The position numbers and the translations under genes are program-made. Of a stretch of DNA of 64,000 bases, positions 48,990 through 58,801 are shown piece by piece. Source of the stretch: an uncultured Gammaproteobacteria bacterium (GTDB lineage: Bacteria > Pseudomonadota > Gammaproteobacteria > Steroidobacterales > Rariloculaceae); assembly GCA_963810755.1 (NCBI GenBank), contig CAWEOP010000008.1, positions 484,003-548,002 of the forward strand, in the 5' to 3' direction. Position 1 is the stretch's first letter. The number at the start of each line of letters is the position of its first letter. The notes below the pieces were generated by a model, which saw only the letters and a list, made by a program, of their open reading frames with translations, ran no database searches and was not told the DNA's origin.

Positions 48990-50439
48990 ATGTCCTCGAT
49001 TCACCGCAACGCCGAACGACCCGCGCCCGATCGCCTGCTCACGGAGATCGCGGACTACGTCCTCGAATACCGCGCGGACGGCGCAGAGGCGCGCAGGATC
49101 GCGCGCTACTGCCTGATGGACACGCTCGGGTGCGGCATCCTCGCGCTCGGCTACCCCGCGTGCACGAAGCTGCTCGGCCCGGTCGTGCCCGGCGCGAGCT
49201 TGAGCGGCGGCGCGCGTGTGCCGGGTACGGCGTTCGAGCTCGACCCCGTGACGGCGGCATTCAACATCGGAACGCTGATCCGTTGGCTCGACTTCAACGA
49301 TACCTGGCTCGCGGCCGAGTGGGGCCATCCGTCCGACAATCTCGGTGCGATTCTCGCGGTCGCGGACTACCAGAGCCGCAGCAACGTCGCCGCGCGGCGC
49401 GCACCGCTGCCGATGCGCGAAGTGCTCACCGCGATGATCAAGGCGCACGAGATCCAAGGTGTGCTCGCGCTGAATCACAGCTTCAACCGCGTCGGGCTCG
49501 ATCACGTGCTGCTCGTGCGCATCGCGAGCACTGCCGTTGCGACGCAGATGCTCGGCGGCACGCGCGAGCAGGTCATCGACGCGGTCTCGAACGCATGGCT
49601 CGACGGCGGCGCTTTGCGCGCCTACCGGCACGCACCGAACACGGGCTCGCGCAAGAGCTGGGCCGCCGGCGACGCGACGAGCCGGGCAGTGCGTCACGCG
49701 CTCACGGCGCTGCGCGGCGAGATGGGCTATCCGTCGGCGCTCACCGCCAAGAACTGGGGTTTCCAAGACGTGCTGTTCAAAGGCCGGCCGATCGAGCTCG
49801 AGCGTCGTTTGAGCTCGTACGTCATGGAGAACGTGCTGTTCAAGATTTCGTTCCCCGCGGAGTTCCACGCTCAGACGGCTGTCGAGGCAGCGTTGCGGCT
49901 GCACCCGCTCGTTGCGAAGCGCCTGCACGAAATCGCGGAGATCAGAATCGAGACGCAGGAGGCCGGCGTGCGCATCATCGACAAGACGGGGCCGCTCGCG
50001 AATCCCGCCGACCGCGACCACTGCTTGCAGTACATGGTCGCGGTGCCCCTGATCTTCGGACGGCTCACGGCCGACGACTACGAGGACGATGTCGCGCGCG
50101 ATCCGCGCGTCGACGCGCTGCGCGCGAAGATGACCGTGAGTGAGAACGCGACGTTCAGCCGCGAGTACCTCGACCCCGACAAGCGGGCGATCGGCAACTC
50201 GGTCCAGATCTACTTTCACGGACGGCTCCAAGACCGAGCGGATCGCGGTGGACTATCCGATTGGGCATCGTCGGCGCCGTGAGGAAGGCATTCCGAAGCT
50301 GGTGGAGAAGTTTCGCGCGAGCCTCGCGACCCGCTTCGACGCGTCGAGCTCTGCACGTATCGAGGCGGCGTGCGCCGATCAGGCCGCGCTCGAGGCGTTG
50401 CCGGTTCCAGATTTCATGGCGCTCTGGGTGAAGTCGTGA
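48990..50439 (+). pseudogene. prpD: 2-methylcitrate dehydratase PrpD, one frameshift near 50213-50218
   Basis: MmgE/PrpD pattern through ..NSVQIYF. The conserved ending [32 protein letters not shown]... lies in ORF 50140..50439. Confidence 0.85.
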
Positions 50440-51380
50440 GTCAGGGGCGGAAATTTCGGACGGCGGTCGCGAAGCGCGCGCCGCTCCAGATTCCGGGCGC
50501 GATCAACGCGTACTGCGCTCTGCTCGTCGAGCAAGCCGGTTTCGAAGCCGTGTATCTCTCGGGCGCGGGTGTTGCGAATGCGTCGTTCGGGCTGCCGGAT
50601 CTCGGCGTCACGGCGCTCGCGGACGTGACCGAGGATACGCGCCGCATCACTGCCGTCACGGAGCTGCCGCTGCTCGTGGACGTGGATACCGGTTGGGGGA
50701 GCGCATTCAACATCGCGCGCACCGTGCGCGAGATGGAGCGCGCGGGCGTCGCCGCACTGCATATCGAGGACCAAGAGCAGGCCAAGCGCTGCGGCCACCG
50801 GCCGAACAAAGCGACGGTGTCGACGGAGGAGATGTGCGATCGGTTGAAAGCTGCCGTCGACGCGCGCCGCGACGCAGAGTTCGTCGTCATGGCACGCACG
50901 GACGCGTACGCGAGCGAGGGCAAGCAGGCGGCGCTCGACCGCGTAGCCGCCTACGTCGAGGCGGGCGCTGACATGATCTTCGCGGAAGCGCTCTACACGC
51001 TCGACGACTACCGCGCGTTCACTCGGGCGGCCGACGTGCCTGTGCTCGCAAACCTCACGGAGTTCGGGCTCACGCCGCTGTTCACGGTTGGCGAGCTGGG
51101 TGCCGCCGGCGTCAAAATGATCCTGTATCCGCTGTCTGCGTTTCGGGCGATGAGCCATGCCGCGCTCGCGGTGTATCGCGCGCTGCGCGACGAGGGCACG
51201 CAAAAGCCGATGGTCGCCGCGATGCAGACGCGCGAGGAGCTCTACGCGGTGCTCGGCTACCATGCGTACGAGCGCAAGCTCGACGAGCTCTACGCCGCGC
51301 GCGCGGGTGCGGTGCTGCCGAAGGCAGCGAAGTCGAAGAAAGCAAAGCCGAAGGCGAGTAAGAAAAGGAAGAAGTCATGA
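50436..51380 (+). CDS. prpB: Methylisocitrate lyase PrpB with unusual Lys-rich C-terminal tail
   Basis: GTG at 50436 overlaps the prpD stop. PEP-mutase/ICL motifs ([16 protein letters not shown]). Tail is [18 protein letters not shown]. Confidence 0.85.
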   Translation: MSQGRKFRTAVAKRAPLQIPGAINAYCALLVEQAGFEAVYLSGAGVANASFGLPDLGVTALADVTEDTRRITAVTELPLLVDVDTGWGSAFNIARTVREMERAGVAALHIEDQEQAKRCGHRPNKATVSTEEMCDRLKAAVDARRDAEFVVMARTDAYASEGKQAALDRVAAYVEAGADMIFAEALYTLDDYRAFTRAADVPVLANLTEFGLTPLFTVGELGAAGVKMILYPLSAFRAMSHAALAVYRALRDEGTQKPMVAAMQTREELYAVLGYHAYERKLDELYAARAGAVLPKAAKSKKAKPKASKKRKKS

Positions 51381-52503
51381 GCACGGATGGCAAGAACGCC
51401 GGATTGCGAGGCGTATCGGCAGGCGAGACCGCCATCGCGACGGTCGGTGACGGCCACGGATTGCGTTACCGCGGCTACGACGTCGTCGATCTCGCGGCGC
51501 AATCGACGTTCGAGGAGATCGCGTGGCTTCTGCTGCGCGGTGCGTTGCCGACGGCGCGCGAGCTCGACGGCTTTCGCAACGGTCTACGGACGCGGCGCGA
51601 GCTTCCTGGTCCGCTCTGCGACGTGCTAGAGCAAATACCGCCCACGGCACATCCTATGGACGTGCTGCGCACGGGCTGCTCGATGCTCGGCACGCTCGAG
51701 CCCGAGCAGGACTTCGCCGGCAGCTCGATCGTCGCCGAGCGGCTGATCGCGGCGTTTCCCGGGATGTTGCTCTACTGGCACCACTTCGCGCAGCACGGGC
51801 AAGCGCATCGCGACGACCACGGACGCGCAGAGCACCGCGGGGCATTTCCTGCAGCTTCTGCACGGCGAAGCCGCCGAGCGCGCTGCATGAGCGCGCGATG
51901 GACGCGTCGCTGATCCTATACGCGGAGCACGAGTTCAACGCTTCGACGTTCACCGCTCGTGTTTGCGCCGCTACGCTGTCGGACATCTACTCGGCCGTGA
52001 CCGGTGCAATCGGCAGCGCTTCGCGGCCCGTTGCACGGAGGCGCGAACGAAGCCGCGATGGAGCTCATCGAGCGTTTCGATTCGCCGCGGCTGCAACCGC
52101 CGGCGTGAAGGAGATGCTCGCGCGCAAGGTGAAGATCATGGGATTCGGACACGCGGTGTATCGCACGTCCGATCCGCGCAATGCCGTGATCAAGGCGTGG
52201 GCGCAAAAGCTCGGACAAGGCGCGGGCGACCGCGTGCTGTATCCCGTCTCCGAGGCGATCGAGAAGGTGCTCCGCGACGAAAAGAAGCTATTCCCGAATC
52301 TCGACTTCTACAGCGCGTCGGCATACCACTTCATGGGCATTCCGACGCCGTTATTCACCCCGATCTTCGTTTGCTCGCGCGTAGCGGGTTGGGCCGCTCA
52401 CGTGGTGGAGCAGCGCGCCAACAACAAGCTCATCCGGCCGACGGCGGACTACGTCGGACCGGGCGCCCGCGACTACGTGCCCGTCGCCGAGCGCGGCTCG
52501 TGA
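51377..52503 (+). pseudogene. prpC: 2-methylcitrate synthase PrpC (citrate synthase family), about four frameshifts
   Basis: The homologous reading requires frame switches near 51797, 51868, 52025 and 52095. The segments are ..HHFAQHG / KRIATTTDAQSTAGHFLQLLHG / ..PSALHERAMDASLILYAEHEFNASTF..GAIG / ALRGPLHGGANEAAMELIERFDSP / ..AGVKEML..GFGHAVYRTSDPRN... Confidence 0.85.
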
Positions 52504-52530
52504 CGGGCTAGGCGGCAGCGGAGCGGGTCG

Positions 52531-54444
52531 ATGGGCGTGGGACCAGCGCGATTCGCCGACGTCTACGCCGCCTCGCAGCGCGATCCCGAGTCGTTCTGGG
52601 CCGCGGCCGCGGCCGCAATCGAATGGACGCGGCCTTGGCAGCGCGTGCTCGACCGCTCGCGGCCGCCGTTCTACCGCTGGTTCGCGGGTGCGGAGCTCAA
52701 CACTTGCTACAACGCCGTCGATCGCCACGTCGCGGCCGGTCGCGGTGCCGACACCGCGCTCATTTACGACAGCCCCGTCACGGGCGCGCTCGCGCTATAC
52801 ACGTTCGCCGATCTGCGCGCGGAAGTCGCCCGTCTCGCGGGCGCGCTGCACGCGCTCGGCGTCGGCCGCGGCGACACCGTCGTGATCTATATGCCGATGG
52901 TGCCGCAAGCGGTGTTCGCGATGCTCGCGTGCGCGCGCCTCGGTGCGGTTCATTCCGTCGTCTTCGGGGGCTTCGCCGCGGCCGAGCTTGCGGCGCGCAT
53001 CGACGACTGCGGTCCGAAGGTCGTGCTGTCCGCGTCCTGCGGCGTCGAGGTTGGCCGGCTCGTCGCATACAAGCCGCTGCTCGACAAGGCGCTCGAGATC
53101 GCCGCGCATGCCCCGCGGCGCTGCGTGATCCTGCAGAGGCCGCAGCAGCGCGCCACGCTCGTCGCCGGCCGCGACGTCGACTGGGACGACGCTCTCGCGG
53201 CGGCGGCGCCGCACGACTGCGTTGCCGTGGGTGCGACCGACCCGCTGTACATTCTCTATACGTCCGGCACGACCGGGCGTCCCAAGGGCGTGGTGCGAGA
53301 CAACGGCGGTCACGCCGTCGCGCTCGCGTGGAGCATGCGCAATGTCTATGGTGCGCTGCCCGGGGAGACGTTCTGGGCGGCGTCCGACATCGGCTGGGTG
53401 GTCGGGCACTCGTACATCGTTTACGGGCCACTCCTCAACGGCAATGCGACGGTGCTCTACGAGGGCAAGCCCGTCGGCACGCCGGATCCCGGCGCGTTCT
53501 GGCGGGTCGCGGAGCAGCATCGCGTGCGCACTCTGTTCACCGCCCCGACCGCGCTGCGCGCAATCAAGCGCGAGGATCCCTACGCCGAGCACGTGCGCCG
53601 TTACGATCTCTCGTCGTTGCGCGCTCTGTATCTCGCGGGCGAGCGCACCGACCCGGTGACGCTGCGCTGGGCGCGCGCGCAGTTGAACGTTCCCGTGGTC
53701 GATCACTGGTGGCAGACCGAGACCGGCTGGGCGATCACCGCGAGCTGCCGTGGCATCGAGCATCTCGCCGTGCGCGACGGCGCAGCCGGCCAATCCGTGC
53801 CCGGCTTTGACGTGCAGGCGCTCGGCGCGGACGGCGGAGTCTTGCCGGCTGGTGCCGTGGGGGCGCTCGCGGTCAGACTGCCGCTGCCGCCCGGCACTTT
53901 TCTCGGGCTGTGGAACGCCGAAGCGCAATGCGTCGCTGCGTACTACGCGAGCTTCCCTGGGTGGTACAGCACGGCGGATGCGGGCTACGTCGATGCCGAC
54001 GGCTACGTCTTCGTGATGGCGCGAACCGATGACGTGATCAACGTAGCGGGCCATCGGCTGTCGACCGGGGCGATGGAGGAGGTGCTTGCGGCTCAGCCCG
54101 ACGTCGCGGAGTGCGCCGTTTGCGGCGTGCATGACGAGCTCAAGGGCGAGGTGCCGGTCGGGTTCCTCGTCGTGAACGCGGGCTGCCGAAGGCCGGCCGA
54201 GGAGATCGTTGCGGAGGCGATCGCCGCGGTGCGCGAGCGGATCGGGCCGGTGGCCGCATTCAAGGCGGCGGCAGTCGTGAAGCGCTTGCCGAAGACGCGG
54301 TCGGGGAAGGTGCTGCGCGGCGTGATGCGTCGGATCGCAAACGCCGAGCCGTGGACGACTCCGGCGACGATCGACGATCCCGCGATCCTCGACGAGATCG
54401 CGGCGGCCCTGCGGACGCTCGGTTACCCGCGCAAGCCAGCGTGA
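52531..54444 (+). CDS. prpE: Propionate-CoA ligase PrpE (acetyl-CoA synthetase family)
   Basis: 637 aa, intact. YTSGTTGRPKG, WQTETG, TRSGKVLR motifs. Follows prpDBC. Confidence 0.85.
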   Translation: MGVGPARFADVYAASQRDPESFWAAAAAAIEWTRPWQRVLDRSRPPFYRWFAGAELNTCYNAVDRHVAAGRGADTALIYDSPVTGALALYTFADLRAEVARLAGALHALGVGRGDTVVIYMPMVPQAVFAMLACARLGAVHSVVFGGFAAAELAARIDDCGPKVVLSASCGVEVGRLVAYKPLLDKALEIAAHAPRRCVILQRPQQRATLVAGRDVDWDDALAAAAPHDCVAVGATDPLYILYTSGTTGRPKGVVRDNGGHAVALAWSMRNVYGALPGETFWAASDIGWVVGHSYIVYGPLLNGNATVLYEGKPVGTPDPGAFWRVAEQHRVRTLFTAPTALRAIKREDPYAEHVRRYDLSSLRALYLAGERTDPVTLRWARAQLNVPVVDHWWQTETGWAITASCRGIEHLAVRDGAAGQSVPGFDVQALGADGGVLPAGAVGALAVRLPLPPGTFLGLWNAEAQCVAAYYASFPGWYSTADAGYVDADGYVFVMARTDDVINVAGHRLSTGAMEEVLAAQPDVAECAVCGVHDELKGEVPVGFLVVNAGCRRPAEEIVAEAIAAVRERIGPVAAFKAAAVVKRLPKTRSGKVLRGVMRRIANAEPWTTPATIDDPAILDEIAAALRTLGYPRKPA

Positions 54445-54465
54445 ATCGTGCGCTCGGCGCGGAGC

Positions 54466-56592
54466 CTAGCGCGTGTTCGCGGTCTTGCGATTGCCGTCGG
54501 TGGACGGCGGGGAATCTTCGATCAGCTCGAGCGGCGCGTCGCGCCCCAGGCCGAGGAAGTCGAACGGATCCTGCTCTTCGTCGAACGCCCGCTCGGCGGC
54601 AGTCTTCGCTTGGGATTGCTGCGGGGCAGTCGCTTTCGGCGGGGCGCTCGGCGTGCCGGCTTCAGCGACGGTCGTTTCCGACCAGCCCGATTCGAGCGCC
54701 GCGCTCAGCATGTCGAGGTCGGCTTCGCCGAACAGCGTCTCGGCCATCGAGTTGCTGATGTCGTCGATGGACTTCGCGGCGGCGAGCGCGCGAACGGTCT
54801 GCGTCTGATGGAGTAGGTCTTCCTCGGAGACTTCGGGCGTGGCCTTCGATGGCGTGGGCGAAGGTTTCGGCGCGGGCGGAGCGGCCGGCTTGGGTGCGCT
54901 CGCGGCCGGCGCGGTAGCGCGCGAGCTCGGCGCCGTCGGCGGCGCGTGCGGCGCTGCGGGGGTGACGACTGCGACGCGCGCAGCCGGAGGCGCGGGATCG
55001 GGTCGCGCATACGCCATCTCGGCGCGCGCGCGGGGCCGCTCGACGCGAACCGAGGGCTCGACAGCGTCCGTGAGCACGGGCAAGTCGGGCATTTGAACGT
55101 CCGGACTGTCCGTGAGCGTGTCTGCGAACGAGTCGATCTCGCCCGGCGGCAATTCGGCGCGCCCAGGCGGCGTGCTCGGTTCCCTGCGCGGGAACGGCGA
55201 CGGATTCGCAAGCAGCGGCGCCGGTATTGGGCGGATTGGGCGCTCGACGGCCGGACGCGCGGGGCTTGGGTCAATCGAGCGTGCTGCGACGGATGTGGCA
55301 TCCGCGCGCGGTGCAGGCATGCCCGCCTTGGGCAACGGTGCGCCGGCAGCGAGGGCCGCGGCGGGAGCGGCGGTGCGCGTGACGATCGGTGCGGCAACGG
55401 GTGCGGCGGTCGGAGGCTTCGGCGCCGGTGCAGCGAGTACCGCTGGGGCGGCCGCGTCAACCAGCGACGGCGGAGCGACCGCGACGGGCGCGGCGCTCTC
55501 GGTACGCGTTGGCGGCGGTATGTAGGTCGGCGCGCTTGGCGGGCCGAATGCGACGGTCGGCGGGCTCGTGAACGAAACCGAGACGAGAGGCGCCGGCGCG
55601 AGCGGTGTCGCGCCCGCGGCGGCGAGCGCCGGAGCGGCAGCGGTCGACAGAGCGGGAGTGGTCGCCACGGCTGGAGGCGGAGCGCCCGCCGTAGCCGGAA
55701 CCTGAACCGGAGCGGCCGCCGGAGCGGCCGCCGGAGCCGCGGCACGGACGAGGGTCGCATCGGTGCCCGCACCGATCGGCGCTTCCATTCCGAACATGGC
55801 CACGGCGATCCTCGTCAACAGCTCCGAGGTCACCCTGCTTTCTTTCGCGGACGTCGCGAGCGCCAAGGCCGTTTCGCATAGGTTGTTGGCGACGCGCGGG
55901 ATGCCTCCGGACAGTTTGTGCAGTGTCGCGATCGCGTTCGGCGCAAATATCTTGTCGAGCTCACCGCCGGCGCGCATCGCCTGGTGCGCTAGGTATCCGC
56001 GGAGCTCGTCTGCGGTGAGCGGCTCGAGCCGTTCGCGCAAACGAATTCGCTGGCGGAGCGACTCGAGCACCGGTGCTTTGAGATGGTCGAGCAGGGCGGG
56101 CTGGCCCAGCAGCACGAGATTGACGCCGGGGCCGCCGTTAGCGTCCGCCGCCGTGAGGGAATCGAGCGCTCGCAGGACCTCGTGGTTCAAGTCGTCGGCG
56201 CGCTCGACGATCACGAACACGCGGGATTCGGTCGCGCTCATTTCGTTGAGGAACTGACGCCATATCTGCATGCGCTCGACGCGCCCGACGCGGTGAGCGT
56301 TGAATCCGAGCTCGACGAGAAGCAGCTCGAGCAGCTCGGCACCGTTGAGGGGTGCGCCGGTGACCCACCCGAGCGCGAGCCGAGTGTTCGTCGCGCGGAG
56401 CGCGGAAGCCATGAGCGTGGTCTTACCGACGCCGGCCGTGCCGGTCAGGACGACGGCCGAGTCCAGCGTGGTCAACGCGACTTTGGTGTTCGCGATGATC
56501 TGCTCGTGCTTCGGAGCGAGGAAAACGGCCGTTTCCTGGGCGACGCCGCTCTCGAAAAGAGCTCTCTTGAGGCCAAAGTGTGCTTGGTACAT
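54466..56592 (-). CDS. ExeA/MshM-like AAA ATPase with about 300-aa Pro/Ala-rich low-complexity region and acidic C-terminus
   Basis: Start ATG at 56592 (MYQAHFGLKRALF). Walker A GTAGVGKT, Walker B VFVIVERADD, and GGIPRVANNLC typical of the ExeA family. Then long P/A/T-rich sequence. Confidence 0.7.
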   Translation of the reverse strand: MYQAHFGLKRALFESGVAQETAVFLAPKHEQIIANTKVALTTLDSAVVLTGTAGVGKTTLMASALRATNTRLALGWVTGAPLNGAELLELLLVELGFNAHRVGRVERMQIWRQFLNEMSATESRVFVIVERADDLNHEVLRALDSLTAADANGGPGVNLVLLGQPALLDHLKAPVLESLRQRIRLRERLEPLTADELRGYLAHQAMRAGGELDKIFAPNAIATLHKLSGGIPRVANNLCETALALATSAKESRVTSELLTRIAVAMFGMEAPIGAGTDATLVRAAAPAAAPAAAPVQVPATAGAPPPAVATTPALSTAAAPALAAAGATPLAPAPLVSVSFTSPPTVAFGPPSAPTYIPPPTRTESAAPVAVAPPSLVDAAAPAVLAAPAPKPPTAAPVAAPIVTRTAAPAAALAAGAPLPKAGMPAPRADATSVAARSIDPSPARPAVERPIRPIPAPLLANPSPFPRREPSTPPGRAELPPGEIDSFADTLTDSPDVQMPDLPVLTDAVEPSVRVERPRARAEMAYARPDPAPPAARVAVVTPAAPHAPPTAPSSRATAPAASAPKPAAPPAPKPSPTPSKATPEVSEEDLLHQTQTVRALAAAKSIDDISNSMAETLFGEADLDMLSAALESGWSETTVAEAGTPSAPPKATAPQQSQAKTAAERAFDEEQDPFDFLGLGRDAPLELIEDSPPSTDGNRKTANTR

Positions 56593-56731
56593 CGCGCTGC
56601 CTTCTGCAGCCGATCGCATGGATCGGAGTCCGCTGATTTTGCCGATCCCTTGCAGCCGTTTCCTGAAACCAGGTCACAACTTATGCAAAACGCCCGGGAA
56701 TGGGGCTGGCGCCCCGGGGCGGGCGGCGGCG

Positions 56732-57970
56732 CTAGTCTGTCCCGCCGTGTGCACGGCCATCGGTGACCCGAGCCGCTTCGGCGGGCTCGCCGGCGAGCGG
56801 CGCGGTCCATGGATCGTAAGAGAACACCCACGAGCCGCGCTCCTTGGAGAGGTCGCGAGTCGCGAAACCCTGCCGCAGCTCCTGTTCCGTGCGCAGGTGA
56901 TAGAGCTTGCCGAGATCGTTCGAGCCGCGCTGGACGCGCGCCGTGCGTTCGTAACGGCTGCGTTGATAGAGGTCGAGCGCCGCGCTCGTCGAGCTCGCTT
57001 GCTCGAGCGCGCGCGCGAGTATTGCGCCGTCCTCGATCGCGAGCGCAGCCCCTTGTGCCATGAACGGCAGCGTCGGGTGAGCGGCATCGCCGAGCAGCGT
57101 CGCGCGTCCGCTGCTCCAACCCGTGACGGGCGGCCGGTTGTACATCGCCCAGCGATAGCATTGATCCTTGTCCATCGCGTCGATCAGGAGCTGCACGCTG
57201 GGATGCCACGGTGCGAAGTCGGCCTTGAGCTTCGCCCAAGGCGATTTTACGGTCCACGATTCGTCGAGCCATGTCTCGTCTTCGACGAGACCGACGAAGT
57301 TCACCACTTCGCCGCGCCGCAAGTAGTACACGATGACGTGCGCGTTGGGGCCAACCCAGTTGGTGCAGACGCGCTCCATGAAGTCCGGCGGCAGCCGCGA
57401 GCTCGGCACGATCGCGCGCCACGAAACGTACCCCGTGAACTCGGCATTCGTGGCTCCGACGATTTGCGCGCGGATCGCCGACTTGATCCCGTCCGCCCCG
57501 ATCAAGAGATCGCCGCTCGCGGTCGCGCCGCTCGCAAACTGCACGGTGACCGAGTCGCGCGACTCGGTGAAGCGCCGGGCCGCGGCGTCGAGCACGATCG
57601 CGTGCGGATCGAGCTCGCGCACGGTAGCGGCGAGCGCGGCGTGCAGATCGGCACGGTGCAGGTGGTAGTACTTGGCGCCGTAGGTGCTCTCGTGCACCTC
57701 GCCGAGCGGCATCTCCTGGAGCAGCTCACCCGTGCTGTAGAGCCGGTACTGGAAGGCCGTCGGCGTCACGGCGACGCTCGAGAGCGCGCGCTCGAGGCCG
57801 AGCCGATGCAGCACGCGCGACGCGTTCGCGCTGATCTGAATGCCTGCGCCGATTTCCCCGAGAGCAGGGGCCTGCTCGTACACGCGCACGCGGTGGCCGC
57901 GCTGCAAAAGCACGGCGGCGGCCGATAGGCCGCCGATACCTGCGCCGATGATCACGATGTCGCTCGCCAT
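56732..57970 (-). CDS. FAD-dependent aromatic-ring monooxygenase (salicylate/3-hydroxybenzoate hydroxylase-like)
   Basis: 412 aa. GAGIGGL dinucleotide-binding motif, GADG and GDAAHP motifs. Confidence 0.85.
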   Translation of the reverse strand: MASDIVIIGAGIGGLSAAAVLLQRGHRVRVYEQAPALGEIGAGIQISANASRVLHRLGLERALSSVAVTPTAFQYRLYSTGELLQEMPLGEVHESTYGAKYYHLHRADLHAALAATVRELDPHAIVLDAAARRFTESRDSVTVQFASGATASGDLLIGADGIKSAIRAQIVGATNAEFTGYVSWRAIVPSSRLPPDFMERVCTNWVGPNAHVIVYYLRRGEVVNFVGLVEDETWLDESWTVKSPWAKLKADFAPWHPSVQLLIDAMDKDQCYRWAMYNRPPVTGWSSGRATLLGDAAHPTLPFMAQGAALAIEDGAILARALEQASSTSAALDLYQRSRYERTARVQRGSNDLGKLYHLRTEQELRQGFATRDLSKERGSWVFSYDPWTAPLAGEPAEAARVTDGRAHGGTD

Positions 57971-58065
57971 GGGTGCGCTAGCTTAGCGCTTCACGCTGCC
58001 GGGCCGAGCACCTAGAATGAATCCAATCAAGCTGGCGCGGAAGGTCCGCGTCGAGAGGATTCGAG

Positions 58066-58656
58066 ATGGCGGTACGCCCGATTCTCAGGCTCGGAGACCC
58101 GCGGCTTCGCGAAATCGCTGCTCCAGTGCGTGTGTTCGATACGGCGGAGCTACATGAGCTCGTTCGCGACATGGTGGAGACAATGGAAGCTGCGAACGGC
58201 GCAGGCCTCGCGGCTGTGCAAATCGGCGTCTCGCAGCGCGTCGTGATCTTTGGAGTCGAGCACAACCCGCGTTATCCGGATGCGGAGTCCGTGCCGTTCA
58301 CCGTGCTGGTGAACCCCGAGATCGAGCCGCTAGATGAGGTGCGCGACTCGGGCTGGGAGGGGTGCCTAAGCGTGCCGGGCATGCGCGGCCTCGTGCCGCG
58401 CTACGCGCGAATTCGTTATCGAGGTCGCGACGAATACGGCAGGCCGATAGACCGTGCCGTGGAGGGGTTTCATGCGCGCGTGGTCCAGCACGAGTGCGAC
58501 CATTTGGACGGGATTCTCTACCCGCAGCGAATCGAGGACATGCGCTCGTTCGGCTTCACTGAGGAGCTGCTCGCGAGCGGGGCTTTGCCCTGGTCCGAAA
58601 GCTCGGAAAAGCCCAGCTCGGACGAGGGTTTACAGGAGCCTGTTGCCGCGAGATGA
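58066..58656 (+). CDS. def: Peptide deformylase
   Basis: Three deformylase motifs are present: [21 protein letters not shown]. 196 aa with a short acidic C-terminal extension. Confidence 0.9.
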   Translation: MAVRPILRLGDPRLREIAAPVRVFDTAELHELVRDMVETMEAANGAGLAAVQIGVSQRVVIFGVEHNPRYPDAESVPFTVLVNPEIEPLDEVRDSGWEGCLSVPGMRGLVPRYARIRYRGRDEYGRPIDRAVEGFHARVVQHECDHLDGILYPQRIEDMRSFGFTEELLASGALPWSESSEKPSSDEGLQEPVAAR

Positions 58657-58801
58657 AGGGCGCCGGAGAGTCGCGTATCGAGCCGGGTACAGGCGGTGCC
58701 CTGAGGCTTGCTCTGGTGATTCAAGCCTGCTAAAAGTTTCCGGTCATTTCTGACTCCCCAGTTACTCTAGTTACTCTGGGGAACCCGTTTTTTGGGGGCG
58801 T

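Noticed and set aside
1711-52503. Programmed ribosomal frameshifting as the explanation for the frame switches
   Set aside because: The junctions occur in unrelated metabolic and structural genes, up to four per gene. I could see no shared slippery heptamer or downstream structure. Both +1 and -1 directions are required.
54790-55740. Repetitive GC-rich DNA considered as a CRISPR array or tandem repeat
   Set aside because: There is no regular repeat-spacer periodicity. The repetitiveness comes from GCN/CCN codons encoding the Pro/Ala-rich linker of the ExeA-like protein.
58756-58793. Candidate intrinsic terminator after def (CCCCAG..CTGGGG followed by a T6 run)
   Set aside because: The stem is only 6 bp with a 14-nt loop containing a TTACTC direct repeat, and the T-run is separated from the stem by 6 nt. 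That is too weak to call. It may equally belong to the leader of the downstream DUF1592 gene.
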